A stretch of DNA of 64,000 bases from Eledone cirrhosa (GCA_964016885.1 OZ024742.1:192572001-192636000), one strand, 5' to 3'. Numbered from the stretch's first letter, positions 42,362-56,491 are shown. A program made the numbers and translations. Notes: generated by a model not told the origin, from the sequence alone.

Positions 42362-42903
42362 TAAACACCTACCTACCTAACTACCAATCAACGTACCTAA
42401 CTACCTACCTACCTAACTACATGCCTACCTAATTAACTACCTATATAGTTAACTTCCTATATTTTTACCTTTCTACAAACTCACGTACTACCTACCTACC
42501 TACCTACCTACCTACCTACCTACCTACCTACCTACCTACCTACCTACCTCCTACCTACCTTCCTACCTACCTACTTACCTACCTACTCACTTACCTACAT
42601 AACTACCTACATTTCTTACCTTCCTACAAACCTACCAATCTAATTCCCTTCCTATCTACCTACGTACCTACCTACCTACCTACCTACCTACCTACCTACC
42701 TACCAACCTACCTACCTACCTAATTGCCTACCTACCTATCTACCTACCTCCCTCCCTACCTACCTACCTCCCTCCCTACCTACCTACCTACCTAACTCCC
42801 TACCTACCTACCTATCTACCTACGTAGCTACCTACCTATCTATCTACCTACCTACCTACCTATCTACCTACCTACTTACATTTCTACCTTCCTACAAACC
42901 TAC
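42362..42903. repeat. Degenerate (CTAC)n tract
   Basis: Directly visible. Confidence 0.95.
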
Positions 42904-42905
42904 AT

Positions 42906-43495
42906 AGTGGAGGTGAGTGGTTTAGTGGTAAGGGTGATGGACCTATGTTGTGGTTCGATTCCTGGGCTGGTTTGTATGTTGTGTTCTTGAGCAAAACACT
43001 TCATTTCATGTTGACCAGTATACACAGCTGAAAACCAAATTGGGTACTATAAATAGCTGGGGGTATAACCCTGCGATGGACTGGGGGAGTCTTGTACTCT
43101 CAGTCGCTTCACGCCATGCAAACCGGGATAAGCACCGGCCTGCTGAGCTTCCTGACTTGAGACAGACTTCAGACTTTAGACAAGCCTACCTACATACGTC
43201 CCTATCTATCATCTTGTGCATGTGTTATTTAACATAGCTTTAACTCAACCCAAGACGTGTGAGTGAAATTGTGAGCGAAATTGTGAGCGAAACCAGTCAG
43301 TTTGGAAGCCAATCAGATTGACTGTACCAAAGGGTCAGCCGTGTCACACACAGCTTAATGCTGATTCTCCCTGAGAAATACGTTAATGGTACCCTTGTTT
43401 TGTGGAATGCTCAGCCACTAATACATTAATTTCATGAACAGGCTGATCCTTTGATCAAACAACTGAAACAGTCATCGTTAAAATCGATGGGGCTC
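42906..43495 (+). mobile_element. SINE plus SINE-tail fragments
   Basis: gtggtttagtggtaag..ggttcgattcc tRNA head; related segments at 44483-44712 and 57620-57740. Confidence 0.7.
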
Positions 43496-43788
43496 AAATC
43501 CATTCTTTTTTCTTTTTCTTTCTTTCTTTCTGTCTTTCTTTCTTTCTTTCTGTCTTTCTTTCTGTCTTTCTTTCTTTCCTTTTCCCTTCCTTCCTTCTTT
43601 ACCTCCCACCTCTATTCCTTACTTTGGTCTAGAAATATCTAATCATTTAGCATTGCTTTCTCTATTTCCCCGATCATCTTTTCATTAATTCTCAACGGGA
43701 TAAGTGTATCTGACAGAAATGTTCCAATTTCCATATGATAGTAGTGACAATATTTGTATCTTTTGCAACAATAGCAACTATACGAATA

Positions 43789-43960
43789 TCTTCTTCTTCT
43801 TCTTCTTCTTCTTCTTCTTCTTCTTCTTCTTCTTCTTCTTCTTCTTCTTCTTCTCCTCCTCCTCCTCCTCCTCCTACCCCCTCACTCTCCTCCTCCTCCT
43901 TCTTCTTCTTCTTCTTCTTCTTCTTCTTCTTCTTCTTCTTCTTCTTCTTCTTCTTCTTCT
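43789..43960. repeat. (TTC)n/(CCT)n microsatellite
   Basis: Directly visible. Confidence 0.97.
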
Positions 43961-44482
43961 TTGCATAGCATTAAAATTTCGTTTACATCTAAGAGCAGAA
44001 ATTTTACTGGAATAAAGCAAAGCAATTAAATCTGTTATAATTTTATATATATAGTTCATTCATGTAAATATTTACTGTAGTTACGACACTTTACTAATTT
44101 TATTTATAAATTCAGGTTTTGATTGCGTTAAACTTACCTAAGTATATGGAATCACTGTTGTTGAAATCAAAACAAACTGAGTGTATACAGTAATAAATGC
44201 CATTGTGAATTGAATTAACGCTTTTCAAAACTACAGTCGCTACAACCAATGGAAATGATTGTTATGCATAACTATTCCAATAGTAAATGTTATCTGCTTC
44301 TTCTTAACCAGGTTAACTTTATCAAGTCAATGCGTGTAAGCATCATTTGTATTGACTGATATTTAACTCTACATGTCACAGAAGTCTGTAAGAGAAAACT
44401 ATATTTGAAAGATCAGAATTTCAATTCAATCTATTTTCTGGTGTAATGCAAATTTAGTTTTCTGTTTTTCTCTATCAACTCA

Positions 44483-44955
44483 TGTGGCGTAGTGTTTCCG
44501 ATGGTGGACACACGATCAAACGGTTGTGAGATTGATTCTCAGACCTTTGTGCCTTTGAGTAAGACACGTTGTTTCACATTCCTTCAGTCCACTATGTTAG
44601 CACGAATTGCACCTGTAATTCATGTGGTCAGGCTTGTCACATACTGTATCAATCTGAATACACGTGTCTGTGGAATACTCAGCCACATACACATTAATTA
44701 CACAATCAGGGAGTTCTATGTATTCATCTAGAGCAAAGGTTCTCAACCCATTTCGGCCAAACGACCACTTTTGCCTCTCAAAATCACGAAACGCCCCCTT
44801 ACCCTATTTTTCCCTTTTTCAATATACTACTGATTTTTATATCAAATCAAGTTATGTTAGAATCTTTAAAAAATACTCGTACGAATTAAATACGAAAAAG
44901 TTTCAGTCCAAACCAAAAAGAAAGCTATTTCAAATTATATATTTTTGAAAAATAG
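44483..44955 (+). mobile_element. SINE (44483-44712) followed by hAT-like end fragment (44735-44955)
   Basis: tRNA-like head; second part homologous to 23405-23660. Confidence 0.6.
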
Positions 44956-45302
44956 ACGTGAATGTTCTCAAAGATTTGATCTCAGTCGAAAAAGCTTTTT
45001 TATTAAATTCTATATTTCACTGTTAACTGTTAATATTTTGAGTGGATAGACTATTCTACAATTCAAACTGTAAAGTCAAAATGCAAACGATGCAAAATAT
45101 GAAGAAATTCTTACCTTTCTCTTGAATCACAAACTCGAGGGAAAAATAGTACCTTGCAAAATAAAATATCTCGTAGCAAATTAAAATACTTAGTAACAAC
45201 GAATGAATTGAGAAGCTTCGTGACAGTGAGAAAACATTATCTGTATCCCTTATATATATACATAGATAGATACACACATACACATAAACGCACACACGCA
45301 CA

Positions 45303-45338
<36 letters not shown>

Positions 45339-45550
45339 CACACACAAACTTGTGTGTGTGTGCCTTGGTTTTGGTACAAAAAGAATTTTGTCTCCAGTTT
45401 TTTTATGCCAGGTCAAAGGCCACTGCTCTTTACAACAACGCCAAATAAAAACGCCATATATATATATATATATATATATTTATTAGAAAGTGAGGTTTTT
45501 TTTTACAAATTGAAAAATAACCGAGGTGTCCTAAACGAGTGAAAGTATAA

Positions 45551-45651
45551 AGAAAAAGAGATGAAATCGAAAATGCAACTGGAGTCTTATTTAAAAAAAA
45601 TATATATATATTTAAAAAAAAAATAAGACTCCAGTTGCATTTTCGATTTCA

Positions 45652-45662
<11 letters not shown>
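45551..45662. repeat. Short inverted repeat (~42 bp arms) around a (TA)n spacer
   Basis: aagagatgaaatcgaaaatgcaactggagtcttattt ... aaataagactccagttgcattttcgatttcatctctt. Confidence 0.92.
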
Positions 45663-45738
<76 letters not shown>

Positions 45739-46162
45739 CAACTTATATATATATATATCATTATCTTTAAAAGGCAGATTGTTGTTGTTGTGTGTGTGTG
45801 TGCACATGTTCCATGTTTATACATTTGCACAATTTCAAACCGATTCGACTCAACGTCTGTGAGAATGTTGTAAATGGTCTAACTTAGGTCATCGACTATT
45901 TATTCCATTCAAACTCACCCACAATTATGGAAATAATTGATAAAACTAAATACATGACGCTTTACCCCTTTAATAGAATCTGCTTACCTCTCTCTACTCC
46001 CCTTCAAATTCGATAAAACTACATACATGCTTACAAACTTCCTTTAGGAACGCTGAAGAGAGAGAGAGAAGAGAGTGAGAGGGAGAGAGAGAGAGAGAGA
46101 GAGAACGTTTGTTTTTGAGTGTGGAACGGTCAAACATTTATTTACTTCAATGACAAAGAGAA

Positions 46163-46590
46163 CTTAACTCTCCCCCATATCACACCTCCTCCCTACTGTC
46201 TTAAATTTAGAAAACATATACTCTATGAGGTCACTAAACCTGCTAGAAACAGCCGCTAACTCTCCCCCATATCACACTACTCCCTACTGTCTTAAATTTA
46301 GAAAACATATCCTCTATGAGGTCACTAAACCTGCTAGAAACAGCAGCTAACTCTCCCTCATATCACACCTCCTCCCTATTGTCTTAAATTTAGAAAAAAT
46401 ATATCCTCTATGAGGTCACTAAACCTGCTAGAAACAGCAGCTAACTCTCCCCCATATCACACCACTCCCTACTGTCTTAAATTTAGAAAACACATATCCT
46501 CTATGAGGTGGCTAAACCTCCTAGAAACAACAGCTAACTCTTCCCCCTATCACACCCCTCCCTACTGTCTTAAATTTAGAAAACACACAT
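46163..46590. repeat. ~92 bp tandem repeat, ~4.7 copies
   Basis: ctctatgagg at 46221, 46312, 46406, 46499. Confidence 0.95.
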
Positions 46591-46964
46591 TAGACAACCA
46601 TGCAGAACAACTCCATCGCAGCTCTGTTGTTCGGCTGGCATCGTCTACGCGCGTGTTGCGCAAGTACTGTGAAACAATAAATCTCAACACTTCTTTGCAC
46701 AGAGATAATATCCATAGGCGAAACTACAATTGTCACTGCTGGCGCAGCTCCTGCTTCGGCAGTCCAGGTCTGCAATTCATTCACCCAGTGCCTGGCAGAC
46801 AAAAAAGTGCTGCCATAAAATGGGTGGTGCAACCTAACTTTGGTAACTTACTGACCCCGAGCAACGCCGTGCTTTAATGCTAGTATATATATAAATGAAG
46901 AGAGAAAGAGTGAGGGACAGAGAGAGTAAGAAATGTGTTTGTGTGTGTGTGTGTTTCGTACTTG

Positions 46965-47063
<99 letters not shown>

Positions 47064-47550
47064 CCTGGCCTGACTGTGGTCTGACATTAATATCGACCTC
47101 TCTTCCTCTTTCTTTCTATCTTCTTTCTTGTAGCCATCAACCCTTACTTTTCTACTTCTCTCTTCTCTTCCTTCTCTTCTCCCCTCTTCCTGTCTTCCTC
47201 CCGCAGACTTATCTTCCTTCCCCCTCTTGCTTGCCTATATCTGACCGATAGTAGTTGCATTTATTCTTTTAGCTGACATGAACCCTGGCTTCTCTTCTTC
47301 TTTCTTCCCCCTTCTTCTCTCTCCTTCCTTTCTTTCTTTCTTTTACCTTGTGTCATGAGATTGACGCTAACTTATGTTCCCATCCCTTTCTGTTTTCGTT
47401 TATCTGACCGGTAGTAGCATACTATAAACTTTAGCCACATCACTCGAGGGCGACCGGCTGAGGTTGAAGGAACAGAATAGCGGTCGCCCTCGGGCCCTCG
47501 ATTTTCAGCCCCATGTATTTCATCTATTACATTCACGTATTATATTTCGA

Positions 47551-47608
47551 ATACCTGATGATATCACCGGATTCATACGGAACCCGGTCATTGAAATGAT
47601 CATAGTAT
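47551..47608 (+). ncRNA. Type I hammerhead in a solo pLTR-like segment
   Basis: atac-CTGATGA-tatc accgg..ccggt catt-GAA-atgatcat-A-gtat; strong hairpin upstream at 47443-47494. Confidence 0.78.
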
Positions 47609-48463
47609 AATAAACCTTTCAAGGATTTACACAAATCCAGCCTCCTGTCATTTCATTATAATATTTAACTCCGTAATAGCACCACCAACTACAAAAACAA
47701 AGACGGTTGAACTGCCTTACGTTGAGTACTCTCTATATTATTGCATTACGATTGACCATACGGAATAGACCAGCTCTATACAGTGGTAAACCTCAAACCG
47801 GAATAAATATATATATATTTATATATATATATGTGTGTGTGTGTGTATCTGTGTGTGTCTTTATTTATGTGCGTGTGTGTGTATTTGTATGAGTGTATAT
47901 GTGTGTGTGTGTGTGTTCTTATACACATGATTATTGTCCGTGCTAGTCGTACACATTTGACTTTGCACTCGTTTTAAACATGGATTGCTGATTAATTCAA
48001 CATAATTTCTTTAAAAAATAATTAGAAAAGAAATAAAAAAATGATGGGTAATATGCCATAAGGTTAATTGAAAAATAGAGGACCGAGTGAAAACAGATGG
48101 TTTTATCTACTCAGAAGAGGATATAAGCCATAGTTTATATTACTCTAATCAATCTAATTACGAGAGAAAATATATCGATCTGGAAAAGTTAAGAAATAAT
48201 TACTTTGGATTACTAAATATCTGGACGAATCATGAAATAATTGAAGCGGAATAGCAACAATGAAAATCCGTTGGCTGCAACGAGGAGTATTCCAGTTTGG
48301 TCAAATGGATTAGTACGATCACTAAATTAAATTGTTAAGTGTTTGTCCGTGCGTTACACAAATGATTGGGCACTAGTTATGCACTAGTTGGGCTAGATTC
48401 GGCACTAGTTATGCACAATCTTTTTGCATTTGCAAGTGGCCTGTTAAAATTCTGTGAACATTT

Positions 48464-48770
48464 TTATGCAAGCCCGTTTTTTTCTGCAATCATACTAACA
48501 CTTACTCGACGATCTTTCGCCATAACCATTCGTTGCACTTCCACATTTTGTTCATTTGTCGACGAGATTCTCCTTCGAGGACGAGGTTCATCTTCAGCAT
48601 TTTCTCGGCCCTCTTTGGAAGATTTGTGCCACTTAAAAACCTTAGTTCTCGATAGAGTGACATCTCCACAAGCCTGTGTAAAAGAAGTAAATGTTTCGGT
48701 GGCAGATTTGTTGAGTTTCACGCAACGTCTTATATCGCTTCTTATATTCTTATTGGTACACTGACATTCA
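48464..48770 (-). pseudogene. Mariner transposase N-terminal HTH fragment
   Basis: KLNKSATET..GDVTLSRTKVFKWHK..EGRENAEDEPR..DRRVSVSMIAE. Confidence 0.88.
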
Positions 48771-48969
48771 ACTTATATTGTTGAACATTTGTCATTCTCT
48801 TATAATCAGACTAACCAGTATCTTAGTGAGCTGGTTAGTTTACCTCTCCCTATAGCGCTTAGGGGCTAAACCTGTGCTTGCTTATCAAACACACCCCTCA
48901 ATTTGTTGTTGAAATTAAGATGGTGACTAAAATATTGCGTCCCCTAGAGAGAAGAGCTGGCTATCCATA

Positions 48970-50850
48970 GAATGGAACAGTCAAAATTCACAAAACAATG
49001 ACAGCAGCAGCAGCTACACCAACAAGAGGACCGGTAACAAATACAACGACTAAAACCTAATTTCACGTGCAGCAGCCGCAATGAATTAGATTTGCACCAC
49101 TACCAATATCTACCACCGCGAACTCCACCACCTCCACCATAATGACAGGAAGCATGACCAAATCAAACACCAGTACCACCACCATCGCCAACACTGCAAC
49201 AACTGAAATAAAAACACAAATAACCCTAACACAGACAGCGACAACACAAACAAACAAACAACTTAGCGCAAGAAAAATATGACAGGATTTCCGGATTTAA
49301 CATCGTCACCACCACCACCACCACCACCACCACCTCTACACACGCCTGTATTTCAACACACACACCAACATACTCCTGAAAACGCAGAAACCACACAGAC
49401 AATAGAGAAACATCCACAACACCAACATCACTAACACTACATCCGCCAACACTATCACTGATTCCACCAGCAGCCCAACCAACCAAACAAAAACACGCAA
49501 CAACTAACCACACAAGAACTGGGGCGAGGTAACGATTGGGGTGACCAATAGCCCCCAGAAACAAGCCGAAAGGAAGCTATCTCTGAAAGGACGGGTCGAA
49601 GTAGCGAAGGCCGATATCATGTCCGTTTTCTATTATCGGCTGCCCTTCGTGCCTTGCCTTCGATCTCGCCTAGCCAAATTTGAGCGCCAGCTCTTCAACC
49701 TCTTCCGATAGGGACATGTTCTATTGGTGAAGCGTTGCACGTACTGCCAGCACCCTCTATACGGAGTGTTGGACAAGCCGTGGCTGATAATGCACAAACA
49801 TGCTCTGAGGCTACGGCACTTTCAGATATTCCTGAACGGTGAACATGTGTGATAATCGTTTGTGAGACACGTCTTTCTGCAGCTCATGTTTTTCAGTTGC
49901 TGTCATGGGTCAAACGTAGACAGGAATTGAGCTACTGGCATTAGGAATGTTGTCAGGCGCTTACAGGCCTCTACCATCGGGCATTGTGGTCAGTGGAAAT
50001 CCACTCTAGAGTTTTATAGAGGACCAGTGGTAGGAAACTTCGACGGCATTGTCAGAGAGGCTCTGAGCGTCGACGAAATCAAACTGGTCAGTCTATTCCG
50101 AAGAATTTTCAATCCGGAGACTATGGACAGTTTCCAGAAATTCCTGGCTGGGCTGTGCTGCCGGGATGCACTTCCGGTTCGAGACAAGCTCTCCAGGTTC
50201 GGAGTTGCTGTTAGACAGACCAGTCCAAGATGCCCACAGATTGATGAAACCGTTTTGCACGCACTCGTCCAGTGCCCGAGTATTGTTTTCTTGTGAAATT
50301 TTGTCGAATAGCTATTATTGTATGTAGGATAGATCCGGCTGTCGACCGAGTCCATCGTGTAGGTCGCAGCCTTCTTTTGGCCAAGAAGGGTAGGCAGTTT
50401 TCCTCTGCCTGGTGGATCTAACTAAATAATCTGTGTGATGGACGTGACTGAAAAAACCGAAGACAAACATTTTCCTCTTCGGCCAAGCCCGCATCAAAGT
50501 TTTCAAGTTCCACTTGGAAATGAAGGTGACGGGGTAGATGGAAGTACTGCATTCCCCCAGTACATTTGTTAAAAGTGGATGAATGTAGCGAGAATGGCTC
50601 AAGTGAATGCGCCTATTCAGACCATGCGCCTGTATGTTGGAGGGTTTAGAGAAGAGAGGGGCACCTTCCTCTTGACTCTTGGAGAGTAAGGTGGTTTACG
50701 ATTAGTTGGGTTCATAAGTTAACCCTGGGTGAATCTGCCCCAGCTGGAGAATTTTTATTCCTATTAAGTTATTGTTTATTGTCTTATTTCTTTACACGCT
50801 TTCATTTTTGTAAATCCCCTCTGTCTCGTCTTTTGTATTGTCTTACATGT
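48970..50850 (+). mobile_element. Old, internally deleted Tx1 LINE related to 36488-42222
   Basis: 49570-50640 aligns with ORF2 C-half (KLSLKGRVEVA, MDSFQKFLA, PRCPQIDETVLHALVQC); many stops. Confidence 0.85.
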
Positions 50851-50864
50851 TTCGGCACTTGTTG

Positions 50865-51180
50865 ATTGGCAGTATCAGTAGGGCGTCAGACACTATGCTT
50901 TGCAGCATAGAGTTATGGTCGTTTATGCTCTGAGCTGAAATCCCACCGAGTTTAGCTTTGACTTTCATCCTTACAGGTTCGATAAAATAAAGTACCACCA
51001 GGCACGCACTAGGGTCGATTTAAATGTCTTAGCCCCCCCCCCCCCAAGAAAATAACAACAACAAATTGATGGCTTGTGGCTAAATCATAAACCAGCACCA
51101 GTAATGCACTGGGGTCAATTTGGTCAACTTTTCCTTTCCTTTCAAATTGCTGGCTTTGTGCCAAATGTAGAAACAATTAT
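50865..51180 (+). mobile_element. SINE and SINE tail
   Basis: Same family as 34850 and 56511. Confidence 0.75.
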
Positions 51181-51625
51181 TAAGAAATAATAACGATGAT
51201 GGAGATGATGATGATGAAAATAAGTGAAAGTAGTTCAATACAACACACACATACACACACACACGCATATATAAGTATGTATAGACATATATATATATAC
51301 GTGTGTGTGTGTGTGTGTAAAAAATGTATATAACCATATACTGAAGATAAATAATTTAAACAGATTAATAGATTAAGCAAAGAACATTTGCATAAAGTAT
51401 TAATATGTTCAAACTACACACACACACACACATATATATATAGTTAGGGAAGCAGAAAATTGCTTATTGTGATCCAGTTCGTCTTTAAGAAAGCCAGTTT
51501 CATGGACGGTTTCAACATATGGTTAGGGGTAACTCCACAAGTTTGTAAGAATTCCGTTCAATTTTGGAGTATAAAGTATAAAAGAGAAAACACAGGTAAG
51601 CATTAAGAGAAGGATTTTATCCGAG

Positions 51626-51726
51626 TATTTACGACCGTTTCATTGGTAAGTGCAACCTTATATTGTTATACTGCAAATAGCAGCCACTCAATGATAATTG
51701 TTGTTCACGTCCAAATTTTCAAAATA
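51626..51726 (-). ncRNA. Hammerhead, U3-A8 variant with long stem II
   Basis: tatt-TTGAAAA-t ttgg..ccaa t-GAA-acggtcgt-A-aata; inverted copy at 54931-55031 has GUG at the cleavage triplet. Confidence 0.68.
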
Positions 51727-52010
51727 GTGAGTAAGTTACTCTTGAAATAATTCTTAATATATATAGAAAAACATTTTTTTGGAATTGTATTTACTAGAAT
51801 AGAGAGAGAGGAAGAGGAATTAAGAAAGTGAGGGGACAAACGGAATAGTATAGAGAGAGAGGAAGGGGGAGAAGAGTTAGGAAGTAGAGTGACAAACTGA
51901 GATGGAGGGAGGGTTAGAGGTGGAAGGATTCCTTGATCAGTTTTGATACGTAGACTTCATGTCGTCGATTGTAGTGAGTTAAAGAGAATTACATTGATCA
52001 TAGTGGGAGG

Positions 52011-52097
<87 letters not shown>

Positions 52098-52350
52098 GGG
52101 GGAGATCTAAAGAGATAAATATATATATAAAAAATAAAGATAAAAATAAAAGTAAAGAAGGGGGGAGAAAGAAGAAAAGAAAAGATAGCCAAAAAGGGGA
52201 GGGAAGAAAGGAAGAAAACGAAAAGAAATAGAAGAGGAATGAAGAAGGGAGGGATATAGGTATTGGTTTTTGTGTGTAATTAAAGGGGTTAGATACAATA
52301 AGAGGGTATAAAGTCTAAGTATGTGCAGTTTGTCAGTTGGTAGTAAGAGG

Positions 52351-54668
52351 TTAAGGGTTCGATTTGCACTTGTAGTGCGAAAACTTTTCTTTGAGTCTAT
52401 GGTTATAATAAATTGATCTTTCGATTTTATTGTTGAGTAACTTTTTCTTCGAACTCAAAATGTGGAACAGCTCAAGGTCATCGAGAGCTTCTCATACCAC
52501 TGCGATATGGGGGCGCGTTCGATAATTTTTTCCACTTCAGGGTGTATTGATGTTTACTTTTCCTCAGTTGCCAGGTCTTGTTTGCAAGGGTAGTTACATA
52601 ACGATACTGGGAATATTTTATTGCGTAACGGTGTGTATAACAACGGGCTTTAAATGTATTCCCAGTCGCTCCAATGTAATACCCTTTCTGGTTGTCTGAT
52701 TCCACTGTGCATTGGTAAACCAGGTTAGACTGCATGCATTCATTATGTAATGGACAGGTTTCGGGTAGGTGGCAGTTACAATTCTTGTCATGGGCAACTT
52801 TGGCATTATTGGTGGGCTGCGATGCCTGTACAAGTGTGTTACGTTTTGTTTGCTTATTAGTGGGTGGTTGTGTATTAGATATTCTGTTGTGTTCAATGGT
52901 GATTGTATTGTTATTGTTATAAATTTGTGTTCTGGTGTTGTTATGTATCTTTTTAGCGTTAAGCATCTTAATGTGTGCCTCTATATTTGGTGCCGTGGAG
53001 TAAGATAGTTTAATAGATTTAGTGTTAAGGATTTTGCTGTATCTATGTGAATCTGGAAAGTGCTTATTTATTATTCTAAAGAAGGTAGAGGGTAGGTTAG
53101 TACTAATAGAGGTGTTACATATGGGGTTATAGCAAATATATTTTCTACTGCGTGACTTGTTTGATTTCGATGTTGTATTTCTATTTACCGTATAATTTGT
53201 AGTTCTATGCGTAAATGCGTGTGTGCGAGTGTTTCTGGAGTTTGTGTTATGCGTGTTCGTGTGCGCTTTGCGGAGGCTTTCATCTATATATTCTACTATA
53301 TCTAAGTGGCCTGCCTTGTCTAGTGCGGTATTGTAGTATTCTGCATGTTCCTCGAAGATTCGTCGGTTAGACGAGAGGCGGGAGATCCTAAGGGATATGC
53401 TGCGTGGAATGGTTTTAATTATGGATAGTGGGTGGTTTGAGTTACAGTTGATGTATGCTAAGTTTTCATTAATCTTGTGAAAAGGTCTTATAAGTCCCGT
53501 ATTTAGGTTAAGCGTCGCGTCTAGAAAGTTAACTGTTTTAGTGCTATACTCATACGTTATGCTAAGGCCTAGTTTCCCGAGAGTCTTTCTAATATTCTTA
53601 CGGAATCTTTCTATACTCTGGTTATTTAGATTCTTAACAAGGAGAAGAGCGTCGTCTCTGTAGATTCCACCGTGAAGGTCGCTAAACTCACTCTGTAAAC
53701 TATGGACTACGTAAATACCTACTAAATCTGTGACTTGAGCCGAGTCGTTAACCCCCATCGTGATGTCAAAGTTATTTAATCTATCTTTACGTTCCCAATA
53801 GGCATTTTCAAATTTAATTATTGTTTTCCTAGCAGCTAATATGATTTTTATCTCGTCGTCTTTTAGGTCAGAATTGGCTTTGGCGAATGTTAAGGCTTTA
53901 TCCAAGGTGTTGGGGGATATAGAGGAGTAATAGTCGTTAATGACAAATTGTATAAATTTAGATACTTTTTTGTTAGCTATATTGTTAAACCACTTAATTT
54001 ATTCGGTAGCGTTACCCCATAGTTTAATCACTAGTTTATTCTTCATTTGTGCTATCACTCTGTCTAATATATGTTTACTAATTTTCCCGATATCCGATTT
54101 GGACGGGCATATAAGTCTAATTGTGGGGTTATAATCAAAATTTACCCTGTAGTCCTTGAGATTTAAGTGGCTCCGTTCTGTCGTCTATTCCTAGGTGATT
54201 GACTATATTGTGTGCCTCGTTGTAGATGTTTATCAGTGCTGCCACATTAGTTTTTTTCTCTTTCCTATGTAATTATTTCCGTATGAAGCTATTGTATGTA
54301 TTAACATCCATCGTATACACATTTGATGTTTTGTCCGCTTTGACAATAATTCCATTGGTAGTTCGCAGCTTTTTTAGGAATGTATTTATGTCATTCTGGA
54401 GTTTACTCTTCCTCTGCTTTTTGAATTTGATATTCATAATCATCTTCAATAAGTCCTGTTCAAAGGCATCCAGTTGAGGGTTGGTAGGTGGGTTCTTACA
54501 CGATTTGAAGCCGTATTTTTCCTTGTTGTATTCCACGGTACGACCATTACGTCCTTTGTCGAAATGGAAAGTTTTTCATCTAACTCGGCGTATAAAGTCG
54601 TTTGTTTGCTCTATCATCCCGAGGGTATAATCCTTTCTCAAAGGTATAGGAATGTTCTTTAGGGACAT
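52351..54668 (-). pseudogene. PLE RT / GIY-YIG ORF, disabled
   Basis: MSLKNIPIP, KADKTSNVY, MGVNDSAQ, IYRDD, CNC..CPL..C, LVY..YIG; several stops and frameshifts. Confidence 0.93.
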
Positions 54669-55078
54669 ACCTATGTAATGCTTTTCCGTAGTATTACCGT
54701 ATGTTTAGGTGGTTGCTCGACCGATAAGGAGCCTGTAGTTAGGGAAGCAGAAAATTGCTTATTGTGATCCAGTTCTAACTCTTCTCCCCCTTCCTCTCTC
54801 TGTATACTATTCCATTTGTCCCCTCACTTTCTAATTCCTCTTCCTCTCTCTCTCTATACTAGGAAATAAAATTAAAAAAAAAATGTTTTTCTCTATATAT
54901 TAAGAACTATTTCCAGAGTAACTTACTCACTATTTTGAAAATTTGGACGTGAACAACAATTATCATTGAGTGGCTGCTATTTGCAGTATAGCAATATAAG
55001 GTTGCACTTACCAATGAAACGGTCGTGAATACCTGGATAAAATCCTTCTCTTGATGCTTACCTGTGTTTTCTCTTTTA

Positions 55079-55156
<78 letters not shown>

Positions 55157-55439
55157 TAAAATAACAGATTAAAGTTTAAGCAATGATGAGTTGCATAACG
55201 TCGAGGGCTTTTCTCATATTACGTCATGATTAATATTGCGGAATTACCAATTCTGCACAAAGACCTTTTTTCCAATTCCATCCCACCCGTTCCCTCAATC
55301 TATCTTATTTCTCATTCTTTCTTCTGATGAAGGACTAGCGTCTGAAACGTTAAATCCCTCTTCCTGCTATATCAAGCGTTAACCTAAAATATACCTTCCA
55401 TATACTGTACCGATTGCGCTGTTATTTCTTTTTACCTTT

Positions 55440-55474
<35 letters not shown>

Positions 55475-55545
55475 GTAGGTCCCGGGTTGAGTCGGGGATA
55501 ACCACAGTAAGTAAGGTACTCAATACATGGCAGAGTAAAATTTTT

Positions 55546-55658
55546 TTATTTTATAGAAGGAGCTTCTACAGGACTAGTACTGTTTCATTCAGATGAAATC
55601 TTCCTGAAGATTTCATCTGAATGAAACAGTACTAGTCCTGTAGAGGCTCCTTCTATAA

Positions 55659-55663
<5 letters not shown>
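55546..55663. repeat. 118 bp palindrome made from a family-A hammerhead pLTR
   Basis: Axis at 55604/55605; right arm reads cttc-CTGAAGA-tttc atct gaat-GAA-acag tactagtc ctgt-A-gagg. Confidence 0.93.
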
Positions 55664-55699
<36 letters not shown>

Positions 55700-55700
<1 letters not shown>

Positions 55701-56435
55701 GGCATACTTTTGATGAGGAAGAGAGTGAAGGAGGCAGGCAGAGGAGCTGATGCAAGAGGTCGAGACTGTGTCGATAAGTGTGGGACTTAAAATGAATGAG
55801 ACTAAGATGAAGTATCAGGTAGAGAATATTAAGAAGCCAGAAAAATTATGAGTGTAGACGGGAAGCCGCTAGAGTTGGTTGAAGACTTCCTGTATCTGGT
55901 AGCAAAGATTGAGAACACAGAGGAGGATGTGGTTGAGACGAAGAGCAATGCTTGAGTGGTGTGCCACACGGACCTTCGTAAAGACCTGAAGTTCCGTCTC
56001 TTCGTTGCTACAGTGGAGTCTGTGCTACGGTACGGGTCTGAGGCTTGGACACTGACCAAGAGATTCACTCAGATAGTGGATGGGTGCTACAAGAGAATGC
56101 TGAGGGTGGCTCTGAACTTTAATCAGTATTCACCAAGTATGAAGAACTCAGAGCTGTACGGGAGTCTCCCAAAAGACAGCTTGAAAGCAAGACAGAGGAG
56201 ACTGAGGTTAGCTGGACATGCTCACCGACATTCAGATTTGACACTGCACTCAGTGCTCCTGTGGAAACTCCTACATGGACACATTAGAAGAAGGAGACCG
56301 AGGTTGCAATATGTTGATGCCCCAATGGCATACACTGGTCTCTTGGAGACGCAGGAAATGGTAGCGATGATAGTGATGATGAAGGACAGAGACCGGTGGA
56401 GAGAATTCATCCATGGATCTTGGGTATTTTACCCG

Positions 56436-56438
<3 letters not shown>
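55700..56438 (+). mobile_element. RTE-clade LINE 3' fragment
   Basis: LELVEDFLYL, ESVLRYGSEAWTL, RLRLAGH, RPRL, DRDRWR. Confidence 0.85.

Positions 56439-56491
<53 letters not shown>

Larger units (their letters stand above)
51443..55083 (-). mobile_element. Structurally complete Naiad-like PLE with 3' pLTR and inverted 5' pLTR, in (TA)n
   Basis: 51443-51480 is repeated directly at 54737-54775; 54775-55083 is the reverse complement of ~51578-51882; ORF lies between. Confidence 0.92.

Noticed and set aside
46163-46590. 92-bp tandem repeat as a ribozyme array (ctatga ggt..acc..gaaac)
   Set aside because: Core lacks G5, extra bases precede GAAA, and stems I and III do not form
55321-55358. CTGATGA-aggactagcgtct-GAAACGTTA minimal hammerhead
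   Set aside because: Stem I is only about 2 bp and there is no second copy to show covariation; not called
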